Source of the DNA: Thermoprotei archaeon
Lineage (GTDB): Archaea; Thermoproteota; Thermoprotei_A; Sulfolobales; Acidilobaceae
Assembly (NCBI GenBank): GCA_029335875.2
Contig: JARJMZ020000004.1
Span: forward strand, 22,649 to 86,648
Length of the DNA: 64,000 bases
Reading direction: 5' to 3'
In this document: positions 1-9,192 of the stretch, one piece after another
Layout: every line of letters begins with the position of its first letter
Position numbering within the stretch: the first letter of the stretch is position 1
Translations under genes and position numbers: made by a program
Notes under the pieces: model-generated
What the model saw: only the letters and a program-made list of their open reading frames with translations
What the model was told of the DNA's origin: nothing
Database searches by the model: none

Positions 1-1
1 C

Positions 2-163
2 GAGCTTTTCAATGTGGAGACCGGGGAGCCTACTAAGGGCTTAGCTAAGGAGCCGTTGATGAAGCTTAGTGTGGAGGCTAGGGGTGGCGAGGTTTTCGTT
101 GAAGTCCCCGGGAGTGATGTCTTGGAGAGGATTGTGGATCTAACTAGGCCCAAATCTCCATGA
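2..163 (+). CDS. 3' end of an unidentified CDS running in from upstream of the window
   Basis: Open frame from position 2 (ELFNVETGEPTKGLAKEPLMKLSVEARGGEVFVEVPGSDVLERIVDLTRPKSP) ending at TGA 161-163. No family recognised. Confidence 0.3.
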   Translation, partial: ELFNVETGEPTKGLAKEPLMKLSVEARGGEVFVEVPGSDVLERIVDLTRPKSP

Positions 164-251
164 ATTGAGTGCAGGCTCTATTTTCAATTGCCTGGAGGAG
201 GTTTATACCTCTTAAGCCCCTCACGTAAATTTCAGGAGCGGGGTTTAGGGT

Positions 252-551
252 TTGAGTCTTAAACTTGAGTTTAGAGAGTTGGGGCTGTGTTCCAGGTGTT
301 CAGCCCCTATAGAATACTCTTATACCCTCTCGGGCCCCGAGGATGGCGGTAGTGTCAGGGTTTTCCTTACTGTAGACTGTGGGGTTTGCGGTTTCAAGGA
401 GTCTAAGAACATGGTTTTCCCCCTTAACGCTCTATATTCTATAAGGTACATGTTTCACCCTACTGTTAAGATATTCCTTGAGAAGGTTAGGCTCGCAGCT
501 GAGCTTAAGAAGTCTGAGGAGGTTAAGGTCGTAGCTGGGGCTCAGGGTTGA
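252..551 (+). CDS. hypothetical small protein with a CxxC...CxxC zinc-ribbon signature
   Basis: 99-aa ORF from the track. It has CSRC and CGVC pairs about 26 residues apart. Its stop overlaps the start of the next small ORF (TTGA). Confidence 0.4.
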   Translation: MSLKLEFRELGLCSRCSAPIEYSYTLSGPEDGGSVRVFLTVDCGVCGFKESKNMVFPLNALYSIRYMFHPTVKIFLEKVRLAAELKKSEEVKVVAGAQG

Positions 552-697
552 CTAGGTGGCGTCTAGCGTGCTTGGAGTGCGGCAGGGAATGGTTTCTAGA
601 GGCTAGCTACGACCTTTCCGAGATGCGGAAACTCTACCACTACTGCAAGTTCTGTCGTAGGAACACGTTTCACGACATACTAGGTAAGGAAGATTAG
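548..697 (+). CDS. hypothetical 49-aa zinc-ribbon protein (not in the ORF track)
   Basis: Manual translation from TTG 548: LTRWRLACLECGREWFLEASYDLSEMRKLYHYCKFCRRNTFHDILGKED, stop TAG 695-697. It contains two CxxC pairs. Confidence 0.4.
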   Translation: MTRWRLACLECGREWFLEASYDLSEMRKLYHYCKFCRRNTFHDILGKED

Positions 698-792
698 GGT
701 ACTTTTGGGGTTTTAAGGTTTAGTGTCGTAGTGGAGGGGGTCTAGGGCTCCTTAAACCCTATAACCTAATTAGCCCCGGGAATCCTACATGT

Positions 793-1770
793 ATGTTGGG
801 AGTGAGGGTGATGGGAGAGAAGAGGACTCTTAAAGACTTGACAGACCTCCCCGGCGTGGGGCCGGCGACAGCTCAGAGGCTTGTAGAGGCTGGATACACT
901 ACTATAGAGGCTGTAGCTGTAGCCACACCCCACGAGCTTTCTGCTGTGGCTAACCTACCTATAACCCAGGCCACTAAAATAATAGAGGCGGCTAGGGAAG
1001 CCCTGGATATTAAGATAAAAACAGCCATAGACCTTAAGAAGGAGAGCCTGGTTAGGAAGAAGATAACCACAGGCAGCAGGAACCTAGACGAGCTCCTGGG
1101 AGGGGGCGTGGAAACTAAAAACATAACAGAGTTCTTCGGGGAGTATGGAACGGGTAAAACACAGCTCTGCCACCAGCTAGCTGTCAACGTTCAACTCCCC
1201 GAGGATAAGGGAGGCCTAGAGGCTAAGGCCGTCTACATTGATAGCGAGGGCACATTCAGGTGGGAGAGGATAGAGCAGATGGCTCAAGGCGTGGGCTTAG
1301 ACCCTGACAAGGTCATGGAAAACATTTACTGGGTTAGGGCGATAAACAGCCACCATCAAATGGCTGTCGTAGAGAAACTCTTCGAACTAATAGCAAGGGA
1401 AAACATAAAACTAATAGTAGTAGACTCGCTCACAGGACACTTTAGAGCAGAGTTTCCCGGGAGAGAAAGCCTAGCTGTAAGACAACAACTACTCAACAAA
1501 CACCTACACCAGCTAATGAGAATAGCAGAAGTATATAACGTGGCAGTAGCAGTTACAAACCAGGTCATGGCTAGGCCAGACATATTCTTCGGAGACCCCA
1601 CAGCAGCCGTAGGAGGACATGTAGTAGCACACGCCCCAGGGATTAGAGTACAACTGAGAAAAAGCAGGGGAAACAAGAGGATAGCCAGAATAGTGGACGC
1701 CCCACACCTACCAGAAGGGGAAACAGTATTCGCAATATCAGAGTATGGAATAAGAGACGCGGAACCCTAA
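793..1770 (+). CDS. radA: DNA repair and recombination protein RadA
   Basis: N-terminal HhH ([13 protein letters not shown]), Walker [10 protein letters not shown], and Walker B-like LIVVDSL. Length is typical for archaeal RadA. The true start is probably ATG 811 (MGEKR...). Confidence 0.95.
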   Translation: MLGVRVMGEKRTLKDLTDLPGVGPATAQRLVEAGYTTIEAVAVATPHELSAVANLPITQATKIIEAAREALDIKIKTAIDLKKESLVRKKITTGSRNLDELLGGGVETKNITEFFGEYGTGKTQLCHQLAVNVQLPEDKGGLEAKAVYIDSEGTFRWERIEQMAQGVGLDPDKVMENIYWVRAINSHHQMAVVEKLFELIARENIKLIVVDSLTGHFRAEFPGRESLAVRQQLLNKHLHQLMRIAEVYNVAVAVTNQVMARPDIFFGDPTAAVGGHVVAHAPGIRVQLRKSRGNKRIARIVDAPHLPEGETVFAISEYGIRDAEP

Positions 1771-1819
1771 ACACAGCCCTAAAACCTCCCAATATAATGA
1801 AACCCGCCTAGGGACAAGA

Positions 1820-2058
1820 GTAGCCGCCGGAACCCAATACCATAGGTTTCCCCCGTGGCTCCGGCTTCCTCCTCAGCCCATTGAGGGCTCCATAGGCTGA
1901 CACCACTGGGGCCGCCTCGTGTTCGCCTCTCACTGTCAATAATTGAGGCAGACATAGCGGGGGGCCTTAAAATAACTCTAAGCTTCCATTTCACATTAAT
2001 GCCTCTAAGTAACCGTGTTAACAGAATACCTTAGAGATTTTACTCTAGAGAACACTCC
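1820..2058 (-). repeat. interspersed element copy A (about 239 bp)
   Basis: In reverse complement it aligns with copies B-G. The shared 5' end is TCTAGAGTAAAATCTCT. It carries the TTAGAGGCAT...TGTGAAATGGAAGCTTAGAGTT module, the GC-rich core GAGGCGGCCCCAG...GGAGCCCTCAATGGGCTG, and the 3' end GGTTCCGGCGGC. The 71-aa track ORF 1779..1994 lies inside it. Confidence 0.85.
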
Positions 2059-2238
2059 TTCTTAAAGGGCCTCAGCCTGGAGTCTTGCGGGCCTATGGGG
2101 TTTGAGGGGGCGGGTCCTCTAAAGCCCCTCTTTTCCTTTCTTGGGCGGGTTTTGGAGGTACTGCTCTTCTTCTCTCATTTAAACGGCTCCATTAGTTGTT
2201 TTAAAGTTTTCAGCTAAGTTCAAGCTGGGTGTTACGGG

Positions 2239-2766
2239 TTGGGTAAACTCTATACTAGGAGTGGCGATGACGGGTACACTTATGGGAAGCCGGGCCTTAG
2301 AATGCCTAAGAGTCACCCTCTCATAGAGTTTTACGGCTCTCTAGATGAGGCTAACTCGATGATAGGGCTTGCCAGGAGCCTTCTTAGGAGCGTCACATCG
2401 GACTATGAGGATGATTTGAGGCGGATCCAGAGGCTAGTCTTCAGGATAGGGTTTAGCGTCACATCAGGCAACCTAAAAGTTTCGGATGAGGATGTTAGAA
2501 GGTTAGAGGAGATCACAGACAAGTACTATGATAAGCCCTTAGAGGGTTTCATACTCCCCGGAGGCCCCCCGGGGGCCGCCGCGCTCCACGTAGCTAGGGC
2601 TGTTGTGAGGAGGGCTGAGAGGAGGCTCGTAGTCTTAAAGCTTGAAGGTGAAAACATCAATGATATCCTAGTGAAGGCTCTCAACAGGCTTAGCGACGCC
2701 CTCTTCGCAATGGCTTTAAACGCTTCTAGAAAAACAGGCTACGAGCCTGAGCCCGCCACTTTCTAG
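2239..2766 (+). CDS. ATP:cob(I)alamin adenosyltransferase, PduO type
   Basis: N-terminal YTRSGDDGYT motif and an all-helical body of about 175 aa, typical of the PduO/MMAB family. Start codon is TTG. Confidence 0.8.
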   Translation: MGKLYTRSGDDGYTYGKPGLRMPKSHPLIEFYGSLDEANSMIGLARSLLRSVTSDYEDDLRRIQRLVFRIGFSVTSGNLKVSDEDVRRLEEITDKYYDKPLEGFILPGGPPGAAALHVARAVVRRAERRLVVLKLEGENINDILVKALNRLSDALFAMALNASRKTGYEPEPATF

Positions 2767-3065
2767 CCCCCTTTAGAGTTGAACCATAAACTGTAGCTGC
2801 CTGGAGTTTAGGTAACCAGCTGTACATCGAGTTTGACGTGTCCTCCCCCGGACTATTTGCTCCACAGAGCGTGGCGGGCGTTGTGATGAGCGTGAGCATC
2901 CTGGTATTTGGCTGCGAGCGCCTGAAACTGTGAGAACTCTGCGTGGGGAGGCGTTAGGCTTGTAATTGGAGTTTTTCCCTGAGGTGATGGGGGAGTATAT
3001 ACTGGTTTAGACGAACAATTTTAAGGTTCTCATGATATGTTCTTCCCTATCGAGGTGCTGCCCTA

Positions 3066-3407
3066 GTGGATATTGTGGGGGCTCTTAGGGTTTCGCTGGG
3101 TCTTACTATAGCGGCTTACCTTGGGTTTAATTTTATAGCCATGTATTTGAGTTTGCTGCCTACGTTCCTCTATATTGAGAACTTCTTCTGGGCTCTAGCC
3201 TATTTTATAGCCCTTTACTCTTCCTTTAGGGGGTTTTTATGGCCTTCTCTCCTCGTATCTTCTTTTAACGCCGGCAGGGTCTCAGACGCTATTATAACAT
3301 CTGGGGGGTCGCTCCACGCCTTGGCCCTAGAGCATACGCCTTTATTCGCCCTCCTCATCCTTGTAATGGCCTTATCCGCAGCCTCCATGGTGAGGAGGTG
3401 TGGCTAG
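3066..3407 (+). CDS. hypothetical integral membrane protein
   Basis: 113-aa ORF with about four hydrophobic segments. No family recognised. Confidence 0.4.
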   Translation: MDIVGALRVSLGLTIAAYLGFNFIAMYLSLLPTFLYIENFFWALAYFIALYSSFRGFLWPSLLVSSFNAGRVSDAIITSGGSLHALALEHTPLFALLILVMALSAASMVRRCG

Positions 3408-4551
3408 GCCTGGCAGGCTGGAGCTCCTTGTAATGGCTTTTGTGGGGTTCGCCGGGATACTGGACACTTCGTTCATGATACCTGTAATAGCGCTCTACGC
3501 TAAAAGCCTGGGAGCCAGTGAGGCTGAAGCCGGGTTCATAGCAGGCTTTTATAGCATGGTGGCTATACCAGCCAGCGTAGTAGCTGGGATCCTCGTGGAT
3601 AGGATGGGTAGGAAGAGGATGCTCGTGGCAGGCCTCCTGTGGGACGCTGTGTCTGTGTTCCTGTACTCTGTAGTGGTTAGCAGCTCCCAGCTCCTTGTTG
3701 TTAGGGGGCTCCATGCAGTGGGCGGGAGCCTAGTCTACCCGGCTTTCATAGCTAGAACTAGGGAGATTAGCGGTGAAAGGGTAGGCTACGGTATGGGCAG
3801 GCTTCTAGCCCCGGTGGCTCTAGCTATAGCATTGGGGTCTGCTAGCGCCGGCTTCCTGACATACATGCTAGGCTATAGGATCCCGTTCATCCTCCTATCC
3901 CTGATAATACTGCTGGCCGGCATCCTAGCTTTAACGCTCCCTGAGAGGCCTGAAGAGAGGAGCTGGAGGGGGCTCAGGGGGGTTGTTGAGGGGATCAGGG
4001 AAGCCGGACTCCCCGCAGCTTCAGGCCTATGGCTCATACTAGTCTTATACATAACCCTGGGGATCATAGTTGGGGGGCTGGCCACAAGCATATCTGGAGT
4101 TGTAGTGCTGGGAGAGAGGGAGGCTAGGCTCTTAACTGGCATGGGGGTCGCGGCTTCCTCCTTGGTGGCCGCTGTTTCCCTCGTGTTGAGCGGGCTAGTC
4201 TCGGATGCGAGAGGGGTTAGGCTCGTAATCCTATACTCTATAGCATTGTCAACCCTAGGCTTCATACTTCCAGCGGCTGTTCCAAGCCCTCAAACCATAC
4301 TATTAGGCTTCATAGTGTTCGGCGTAGGCCTCGGGGGCTTCCTGCTATCTAGTACTATACTAGTCACCAAAGTCTCCGCCAAGGCTAGGGGTACTGCTGT
4401 GGGGCTCCAGCAGGTTCTCAATATAGTTGGCGTGGCTGTTGGGGCTCCCATGGGGGGCCTCTTGGCAGCTATGAGCTCCTATCATGTTCTAGTAGCCGCA
4501 GCTCTAATCCCTCTCCTGGCCCTCCCAGCAATAGCTTATAGCGGCCGCTGA
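3400..4551 (+). CDS. MFS transporter
   Basis: 383 aa with about 12 predicted hydrophobic helices and the MFS loop motif DRMGRKRM after TM2. Confidence 0.8.
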   Translation: MARPGRLELLVMAFVGFAGILDTSFMIPVIALYAKSLGASEAEAGFIAGFYSMVAIPASVVAGILVDRMGRKRMLVAGLLWDAVSVFLYSVVVSSSQLLVVRGLHAVGGSLVYPAFIARTREISGERVGYGMGRLLAPVALAIALGSASAGFLTYMLGYRIPFILLSLIILLAGILALTLPERPEERSWRGLRGVVEGIREAGLPAASGLWLILVLYITLGIIVGGLATSISGVVVLGEREARLLTGMGVAASSLVAAVSLVLSGLVSDARGVRLVILYSIALSTLGFILPAAVPSPQTILLGFIVFGVGLGGFLLSSTILVTKVSAKARGTAVGLQQVLNIVGVAVGAPMGGLLAAMSSYHVLVAAALIPLLALPAIAYSGR

Positions 4552-4585
4552 ACCCCCTGGGAAGCTGGGGTTTGAGGCGGTAGCG

Positions 4586-5308
4586 TTGAGGGCTCCAGTG
4601 CACCTTAGGGAAGCTAGGCTTGGAGATGTGGCGCCTAGGGTTATAGTGTCCGGAGACCCTAGTAGGGTTGACTACTTGGCTGGACTCCTGGAAGGTGCGA
4701 GGCTTATCAACGCTTACAGGGGGCTCAGGGTTTATACTGGCAGTTTTAAGGGTGCAGCTTACACTATAGCCTCCCACGGGATTGGAGCCCCCTCAGCCTC
4801 CATAGTTGTAGAGGAGCTCATAATGCTGGGGGCTAAGGCTATAGTGAGGCTCGGGACATGCGGGTCTCTAAAGGCTGAAGTTAAACTGGGGGACATAGTT
4901 ATACCTACCGTGGCAGCACACTATTCCGGGGGCTTATACTACCAGTACATGGGGGAGCACGCCTGCCCCCCGGCAGCCCCCACCTTCGATGTCCTAAAGG
5001 AGCTCGTAGACGAGGCGTCATCGAGAAAAGCTAGGTTCCACCTGGGCCCCATAGTGTCTAGCGACGCCTTCTACGCGGAGGATCCAGGGCTTGCAAGGAG
5101 ATGGGGGGAGAGGGGGGTTTTAGCTGTTGAAATGGAGTGTTCAGCCCTCTTCACCCTAGGCCATATGAGGGGCGTCAAGACCGGGGCTATACTAGTTGTG
5201 AGCGACACTCTAATAGACGGAGGCCACGCTACTGGCGAGGAGTTGAGAGAACATATCAGGGAGTCCGCCCTCATAGCTTTAAACGCTATGGCTAAGCTAA
5301 GAGTTTAA
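4586..5308 (+). CDS. nucleoside phosphorylase, PNP/UDP family 1 (purine/uridine/MTA phosphorylase-like)
   Basis: Family-typical segments are SGDPSRV, HGIGAPSASIVVEEL, RLGTCGSL and VEMECSALF. Confidence 0.85.
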   Translation: MRAPVHLREARLGDVAPRVIVSGDPSRVDYLAGLLEGARLINAYRGLRVYTGSFKGAAYTIASHGIGAPSASIVVEELIMLGAKAIVRLGTCGSLKAEVKLGDIVIPTVAAHYSGGLYYQYMGEHACPPAAPTFDVLKELVDEASSRKARFHLGPIVSSDAFYAEDPGLARRWGERGVLAVEMECSALFTLGHMRGVKTGAILVVSDTLIDGGHATGEELREHIRESALIALNAMAKLRV

Positions 5309-5318
5309 GGGCTACCCC

Positions 5319-5483
5319 CTACTTCTTGCTCGCGAACCTTTTCTTAACCCTTAAGTTTCTACTCCTACACCTCCTACACTTAACAGCGCTTATGGGGTTC
5401 AGAGCCCCACACTTCCTGCAAACTTTCTTTAGAACAACCCTCCTTTCGAATATGGCCAGCATCTCCGGGTCCCTGAGAGCCAC
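5319..5483 (-). CDS. rpl40e: 50S ribosomal protein L40e (not in the ORF track)
   Basis: Manual translation from GTG 5483: [54 protein letters not shown]. It has the classic eL40 C4 zinc ribbon CRKCG...CRRC. The 81-aa + strand track ORF 5326..5571 is its antisense shadow. Confidence 0.85.
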   Translation of the reverse strand: MALRDPEMLAIFERRVVLKKVCRKCGALNPISAVKCRRCRSRNLRVKKRFASKK

Positions 5484-5642
5484 CCCTCAATCCCTAAATG
5501 GTAAACTGTTCAATCTCAGGCTTAAATACTCTCTAACAATAGGGCTCCCCAGAGGACAGTTTAGGGTTTAAGCGTTTAACGCCCACGCCTCATGGAAAGT
5601 TTAAAGCCCAGGAAAACAGCTAGGTAAAAGGGATAAGAGAGG

Positions 5643-6200
5643 TTGGCTGGTCTCAAACTACCCCTCCACGAGGTCTGCCTCGACTCCAACAAGCTGTGCG
5701 GCTCCTGTAGACTTAAAATTGAGAAAGGCCAGGTTGAACACTGGGAGGTTAGGGTTCTCAAAGCCCTACTAGAAGCCTACCGCTCCACAGGCTCCGAGAG
5801 TAGCCTAGCCTACGAGGCTTCAACTATAGCGGGCTCAACACTCTACATAGCCCTAGAGGGGCCCCCGCTGGAGGGCTTGGAGGAAGCCCTCTCTAGAGCC
5901 CTCAGACTCAGGGGGGTCGCCAGGGTTAGAATAATATATTTCACTGGGGGCCTGAAAGGGCTCCTCGAGAAAATATTAGACCAGAAGGTGATAGCCGTAA
6001 ACAAATTCTACTCCGTAGATGGAGCGTTAACACTAAAAGTGACAGTAGAGAACAGAAACCCGGGAGCTGAAAAACTAGCTTCATCCCTACTCAAAATCAA
6101 GGTGATAACGGAAGAGTCTAAAACAGAGAGGGAAACCAGAGGGAAGCCTTTAAAGGTTAAAGTTGAAGATGTGAAGAAAACCTTAGACAAGCTGTTCTAA
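5643..6200 (+). CDS. hypothetical protein with an N-terminal Cys cluster
   Basis: 185-aa ORF with an N-terminal C-x7-C-x2-C (CLDSNKLCGSC) and a Lys/Glu-rich C-terminus. Family not recognised. Confidence 0.45.
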   Translation: MAGLKLPLHEVCLDSNKLCGSCRLKIEKGQVEHWEVRVLKALLEAYRSTGSESSLAYEASTIAGSTLYIALEGPPLEGLEEALSRALRLRGVARVRIIYFTGGLKGLLEKILDQKVIAVNKFYSVDGALTLKVTVENRNPGAEKLASSLLKIKVITEESKTERETRGKPLKVKVEDVKKTLDKLF

Positions 6201-6324
6201 AGAAGTAAACGCCGGATAACCGTTAGAAACTCAAGCCCCACTTAAACCTTCCCCATCCACATCTGCATAGGCTATCACGAGGTTAACATTCTAGAAACTT
6301 TAAGATTGCCCTGTGAGAGCATCA

Positions 6325-6930
6325 CTACAGGTTATTGTGGGTGCTTCGAGCCCCCACGATCCCCTTTTCTAGGAGTTTCCTGAGAGCTTGTCTTACAACA
6401 CGTTTTACTAGTGTGCGTGCTTCAGCGTTCTTGTAGAGTCTTATTGCCGCCCTCCTTAGGCTTCCGGCTCTCGCGACCTCTTCGAGTATTCTAGTTTCTC
6501 TCTCTGTTAGGCTGTTTTTGAGGTATTTGAGGGATATTCGGGCTATGTCTATGGGGGTTAGTCCCATGTACGGGTCTCTATGGTCTAGTTCTGTGAGTTT
6601 CCTTGTGACTTTGAGCTCTATTATTGTTACTTCCGCGTTAGGGCTTATGTCACCATAGTTGGCTTTGAGCTCTTTTATGAGCCTCTCGGCGCTTTCAAAC
6701 CCGTCAATCCTGGCATCCTCGTCGTTTAACTCTGACACTTTCTTATACCTCACTTTTACTATTCTAGCTTTACAGATGGGTCTCCCCCCGCTGTGAACTA
6801 TGACCTCCCCATGTTTTGGGATTACCCTGCCGAGTCTCACTGTAGCTTTCTTATCGCCTCTGAGGAGCATGTCAGCATATATCTCCTTGAGCATTAAGTG
6901 TCTCCCGAGGAACCTTATATTGGAGCTCAA
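6325..6930 (-). CDS. ASCH (PUA-like) domain protein with a C-terminal helix-turn-helix
   Basis: The N-terminal half resembles an ASCH domain (LLRGDKKATVRLG..., beta-rich). The C-terminal segment LTERETRILEEVARAGSLRRAAIRL looks like a LuxR/sigma70-region-4-type HTH. Confidence 0.55.
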   Translation of the reverse strand: MSSNIRFLGRHLMLKEIYADMLLRGDKKATVRLGRVIPKHGEVIVHSGGRPICKARIVKVRYKKVSELNDEDARIDGFESAERLIKELKANYGDISPNAEVTIIELKVTRKLTELDHRDPYMGLTPIDIARISLKYLKNSLTERETRILEEVARAGSLRRAAIRLYKNAEARTLVKRVVRQALRKLLEKGIVGARSTHNNL

Positions 6931-6958
6931 AACTTTAAGCCCCCCGCAGGGGGTCTAT

Positions 6959-7243
6959 TTACTCCCCATACTCGCCCATTTGATCCAGGACTAGCTCGTA
7001 GTAAGAGTCTTTCGCCTGCTCTAGCTCCTCCTCCTTCTTAACGTCTAAGCTTCTCCTCCTCGATATCACTTTGGTCGTTAGTACTTTTCGCTCTCCTTTA
7101 ACAACTGTTCTATATGCTTCTTCATCCCTTCTCTCGAGTACTTCCTCATATCCGCACCTTACACATTTAACTAAATGCGTATCTTTCCTTTTCACCGGCA
7201 TCATCACGCCTCCGCATTTAGGGCAAAACTTCATATATTGCAC
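6959..7243 (-). CDS. zinc-ribbon protein resembling the N-terminal ribbon of TFS/RpoM, with no C-terminal ribbon
   Basis: MKFCPKCGGVMMPVKRKDTHLVKCVRCGYEE matches the TFIIS/Rpb9 N-terminal Zn-ribbon pattern. The remainder is a charged tail with no second CxxC pair. Confidence 0.5.
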   Translation of the reverse strand: MQYMKFCPKCGGVMMPVKRKDTHLVKCVRCGYEEVLERRDEEAYRTVVKGERKVLTTKVISRRRSLDVKKEEELEQAKDSYYELVLDQMGEYGE

Positions 7244-7296
7244 CCCTTAGCCCATTCTAAGCTATTAACCGGAGTTTTTAAACTTAACTACGAGCG

Positions 7297-8226
7297 TTAG
7301 ACTCCTGTTTCACCGGCTCTTTTAAATACTAGAGGGTTATACCAGAGAGTTCTCCCGCCAGTCACTCTCGAGAGCCTCTCTGGGGTTCTAGCTAGAACAT
7401 TCCCCCTAAGCTTTATTGGCGCCCCACACTTGGAGCATGAGCCCCCAGTCAAGGCTGAGGCTTTAAGGATCCCCGGGACCCTGGCCATGACCACAGTATT
7501 ACAGGAGGGGCACCGTGTTTCAAGGATGTTATAGGCTTCAGAGTGCACATAAACATAGCTCAACCTCCCCCCCAAACTCTCATAGAGTCTATTAACAAGG
7601 TTCCAGCCTCCAGGGTTCTCTATGAAAACGTGGAGGGGGACGTCGAGGGCGGCCAACGCCTCCACAGTGTCTCCGAGAACCCCGACCTCAGGCTTCCACA
7701 AATACGCTACGTGCTCCACGTGAACCCCAGCCTTAGCCATAACCCTTACAGCTCTTAAAAGCCTCTCTCTAGCTTCACTAAACCCTGTTAGGATAGAGTG
7801 GTCCTCTGTAACGGCGAAATCCAAAGCTTCAAGCCCGGCTAAATCAGCAACCCCATGAATCCTAGCCCCCACCATCAAGCCGGCACCGTTTAAAGCCCCC
7901 CGGAACTCCTCTAGACTCAGGGACCCCAAGGGTTCAAACCCGTCTAGCACCACGACGCTCGGCTTCCACATTTTAACAGTATGCCTTAACACCCTAGCAT
8001 CTAGGGGGACCCCGGGGTAAACCTCGGGCCCCCTCATCCACTCGCAAACCTCGAAAGAAGCTTCACACTCAAGGCTCTTTAAAGGCCTTACTAGAACTCT
8101 GAGGGCGGAGCCTCCAGGAGCTAGGTGGAATAGTGGGATAGCCTCAACAGTAGAGTAGCCGAGTAGGACAACGTTAATAGAGCCCAGAACCCCTCCCCCT
8201 AACCTTTTAGGAAGCCTAAAACCCAA
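7297..8226 (-). CDS. PflA/AmrS-like radical-SAM-fold homologue lacking the CX3CX2C motif
   Basis: VEAIPLFHLAPGGSALRV resembles the IEKKPLxHFxPG segment that precedes the cluster motif in COG1180-type activases. The cluster position reads LECEASFEVCEW. A C-terminal CPSC...CSKCG ribbon is present. Confidence 0.45.
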   Translation of the reverse strand: MGFRLPKRLGGGVLGSINVVLLGYSTVEAIPLFHLAPGGSALRVLVRPLKSLECEASFEVCEWMRGPEVYPGVPLDARVLRHTVKMWKPSVVVLDGFEPLGSLSLEEFRGALNGAGLMVGARIHGVADLAGLEALDFAVTEDHSILTGFSEARERLLRAVRVMAKAGVHVEHVAYLWKPEVGVLGDTVEALAALDVPLHVFIENPGGWNLVNRLYESLGGRLSYVYVHSEAYNILETRCPSCNTVVMARVPGILKASALTGGSCSKCGAPIKLRGNVLARTPERLSRVTGGRTLWYNPLVFKRAGETGV

Positions 8227-8879
8227 AATATTGGGAGATCCCCTAAGACTAGGGCTATCGCATAGCCTATAGCTAGGTGGGCTACATAGGGGTGGCCTGG
8301 AGAAGCTACTACATAGGCTTCAGGGTCCCCCTTGGAAGCTTTCGCTACAGCGCTCCTCAAATCCTCATCAATACTGCACCCGCCCTCTACGTCTACAAGC
8401 CACCATTTAAACCCCTCGTCGCCGAGAAGCCTCCCAGCTTTAACCCTATACTTGAGCCTAGCAGCACACTTAAAGTCTAGGGAGCCGCATACTTTAAACC
8501 CTGAATAAACCTGGTAGGCGAGCCCGGGTATCACAGAGTAGAGTACGGCCAGGTAAATAAAAGGCATGAAAGACCCGGGCCTTATGGGGGCGAGAACAGA
8601 GATAAGGGCTAAAGCTAGAACATCGGCACCCCCCATCATGCAAAACCTGTACATAACGTAAACAACAGCGACAACAATAATAGACGCGAGGTAATAGACA
8701 GCTAGAACCCTGAAATCATAACCTAACACATATATGGGAACAGAAACTAGAGCCCCAGGAACCCCCGCTAAAACCCAGTAACGAGGAGTCACCTCCCTAA
8801 ACCTAACATCTAATAGAGCAGCATAACCAAGAACAACCAAGACATAAACTGCCGGAACCCACTCCAAAACACCCACCAA
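8199..8879 (-). CDS. type IV prepilin / preflagellin peptidase (A24 family)
   Basis: Polytopic membrane protein with an early Asp (LLDVRFREV) and the second catalytic motif MMGGADVLAL. Confidence 0.75.
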   Translation of the reverse strand: MVGVLEWVPAVYVLVVLGYAALLDVRFREVTPRYWVLAGVPGALVSVPIYVLGYDFRVLAVYYLASIIVVAVVYVMYRFCMMGGADVLALALISVLAPIRPGSFMPFIYLAVLYSVIPGLAYQVYSGFKVCGSLDFKCAARLKYRVKAGRLLGDEGFKWWLVDVEGGCSIDEDLRSAVAKASKGDPEAYVVASPGHPYVAHLAIGYAIALVLGDLPIFWVLGFLKG

Positions 8880-8912
8880 GCTAAACCTACCACGCTTACA
8901 GCCCTTATAAGT

Positions 8913-9142
8913 GGAGAGTAAAATCTCTAGGGTTATCTAGAGGTATTTAAGAGCATAATAATGTGAAATGGAAGCTTAGAGTTGTTTTAAGGCCCCCACG
9001 CCGTGTCTACCTCAATTATTGGCGGTCAGAGGCTGACACGAGGCGGCCCCGCGGCATCCGCCTATGGAGCCCCCAAGGGGCTGATGGGGAAGCCGGGCCT
9101 AATATCATGGGAAAACCTATGGTATTGGGTTCCGGCAACCAC
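8913..9142 (+). repeat. interspersed element copy B (about 230 bp)
   Basis: Contains AGAGTAAAATCTCT...TAGAGGTATTTAAGAGCATAATAATGTGAAATGGAAGCTTAGAGTT...GAGGCGGCCCC...GGAGCCCCCAAGGGGCTG...GGGTTCCGGCAACCAC. It has a deletion of about 17 nt in the 5' module relative to A, D and E. The track ORF 8963..9154 lies inside it. Confidence 0.85.
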
Positions 9143-9192
9143 AGGTTAGAATGAGTATTTAAAGAACTAGGTTAGTATTTAAAAATCTAGGT

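Noticed and set aside
1779-1994. The 71-aa ORF MKWKLRV... and its relative at 8963..9154 look like a conserved small-protein family.
   Set aside because: Similarity between the copies is at nucleotide level, with indels that change frame. Other copies (C, D, G) do not keep the ORF. I treat these as non-coding parts of the interspersed element.
2883-2925. Possible C/D box sRNA (GTGATGA ... CTGA) in the 2767-3065 intergenic region.
   Set aside because: The C-to-D spacing of 32 nt is too short for a two-guide archaeal sRNA. No convincing D'/C' boxes or terminal stem are present.
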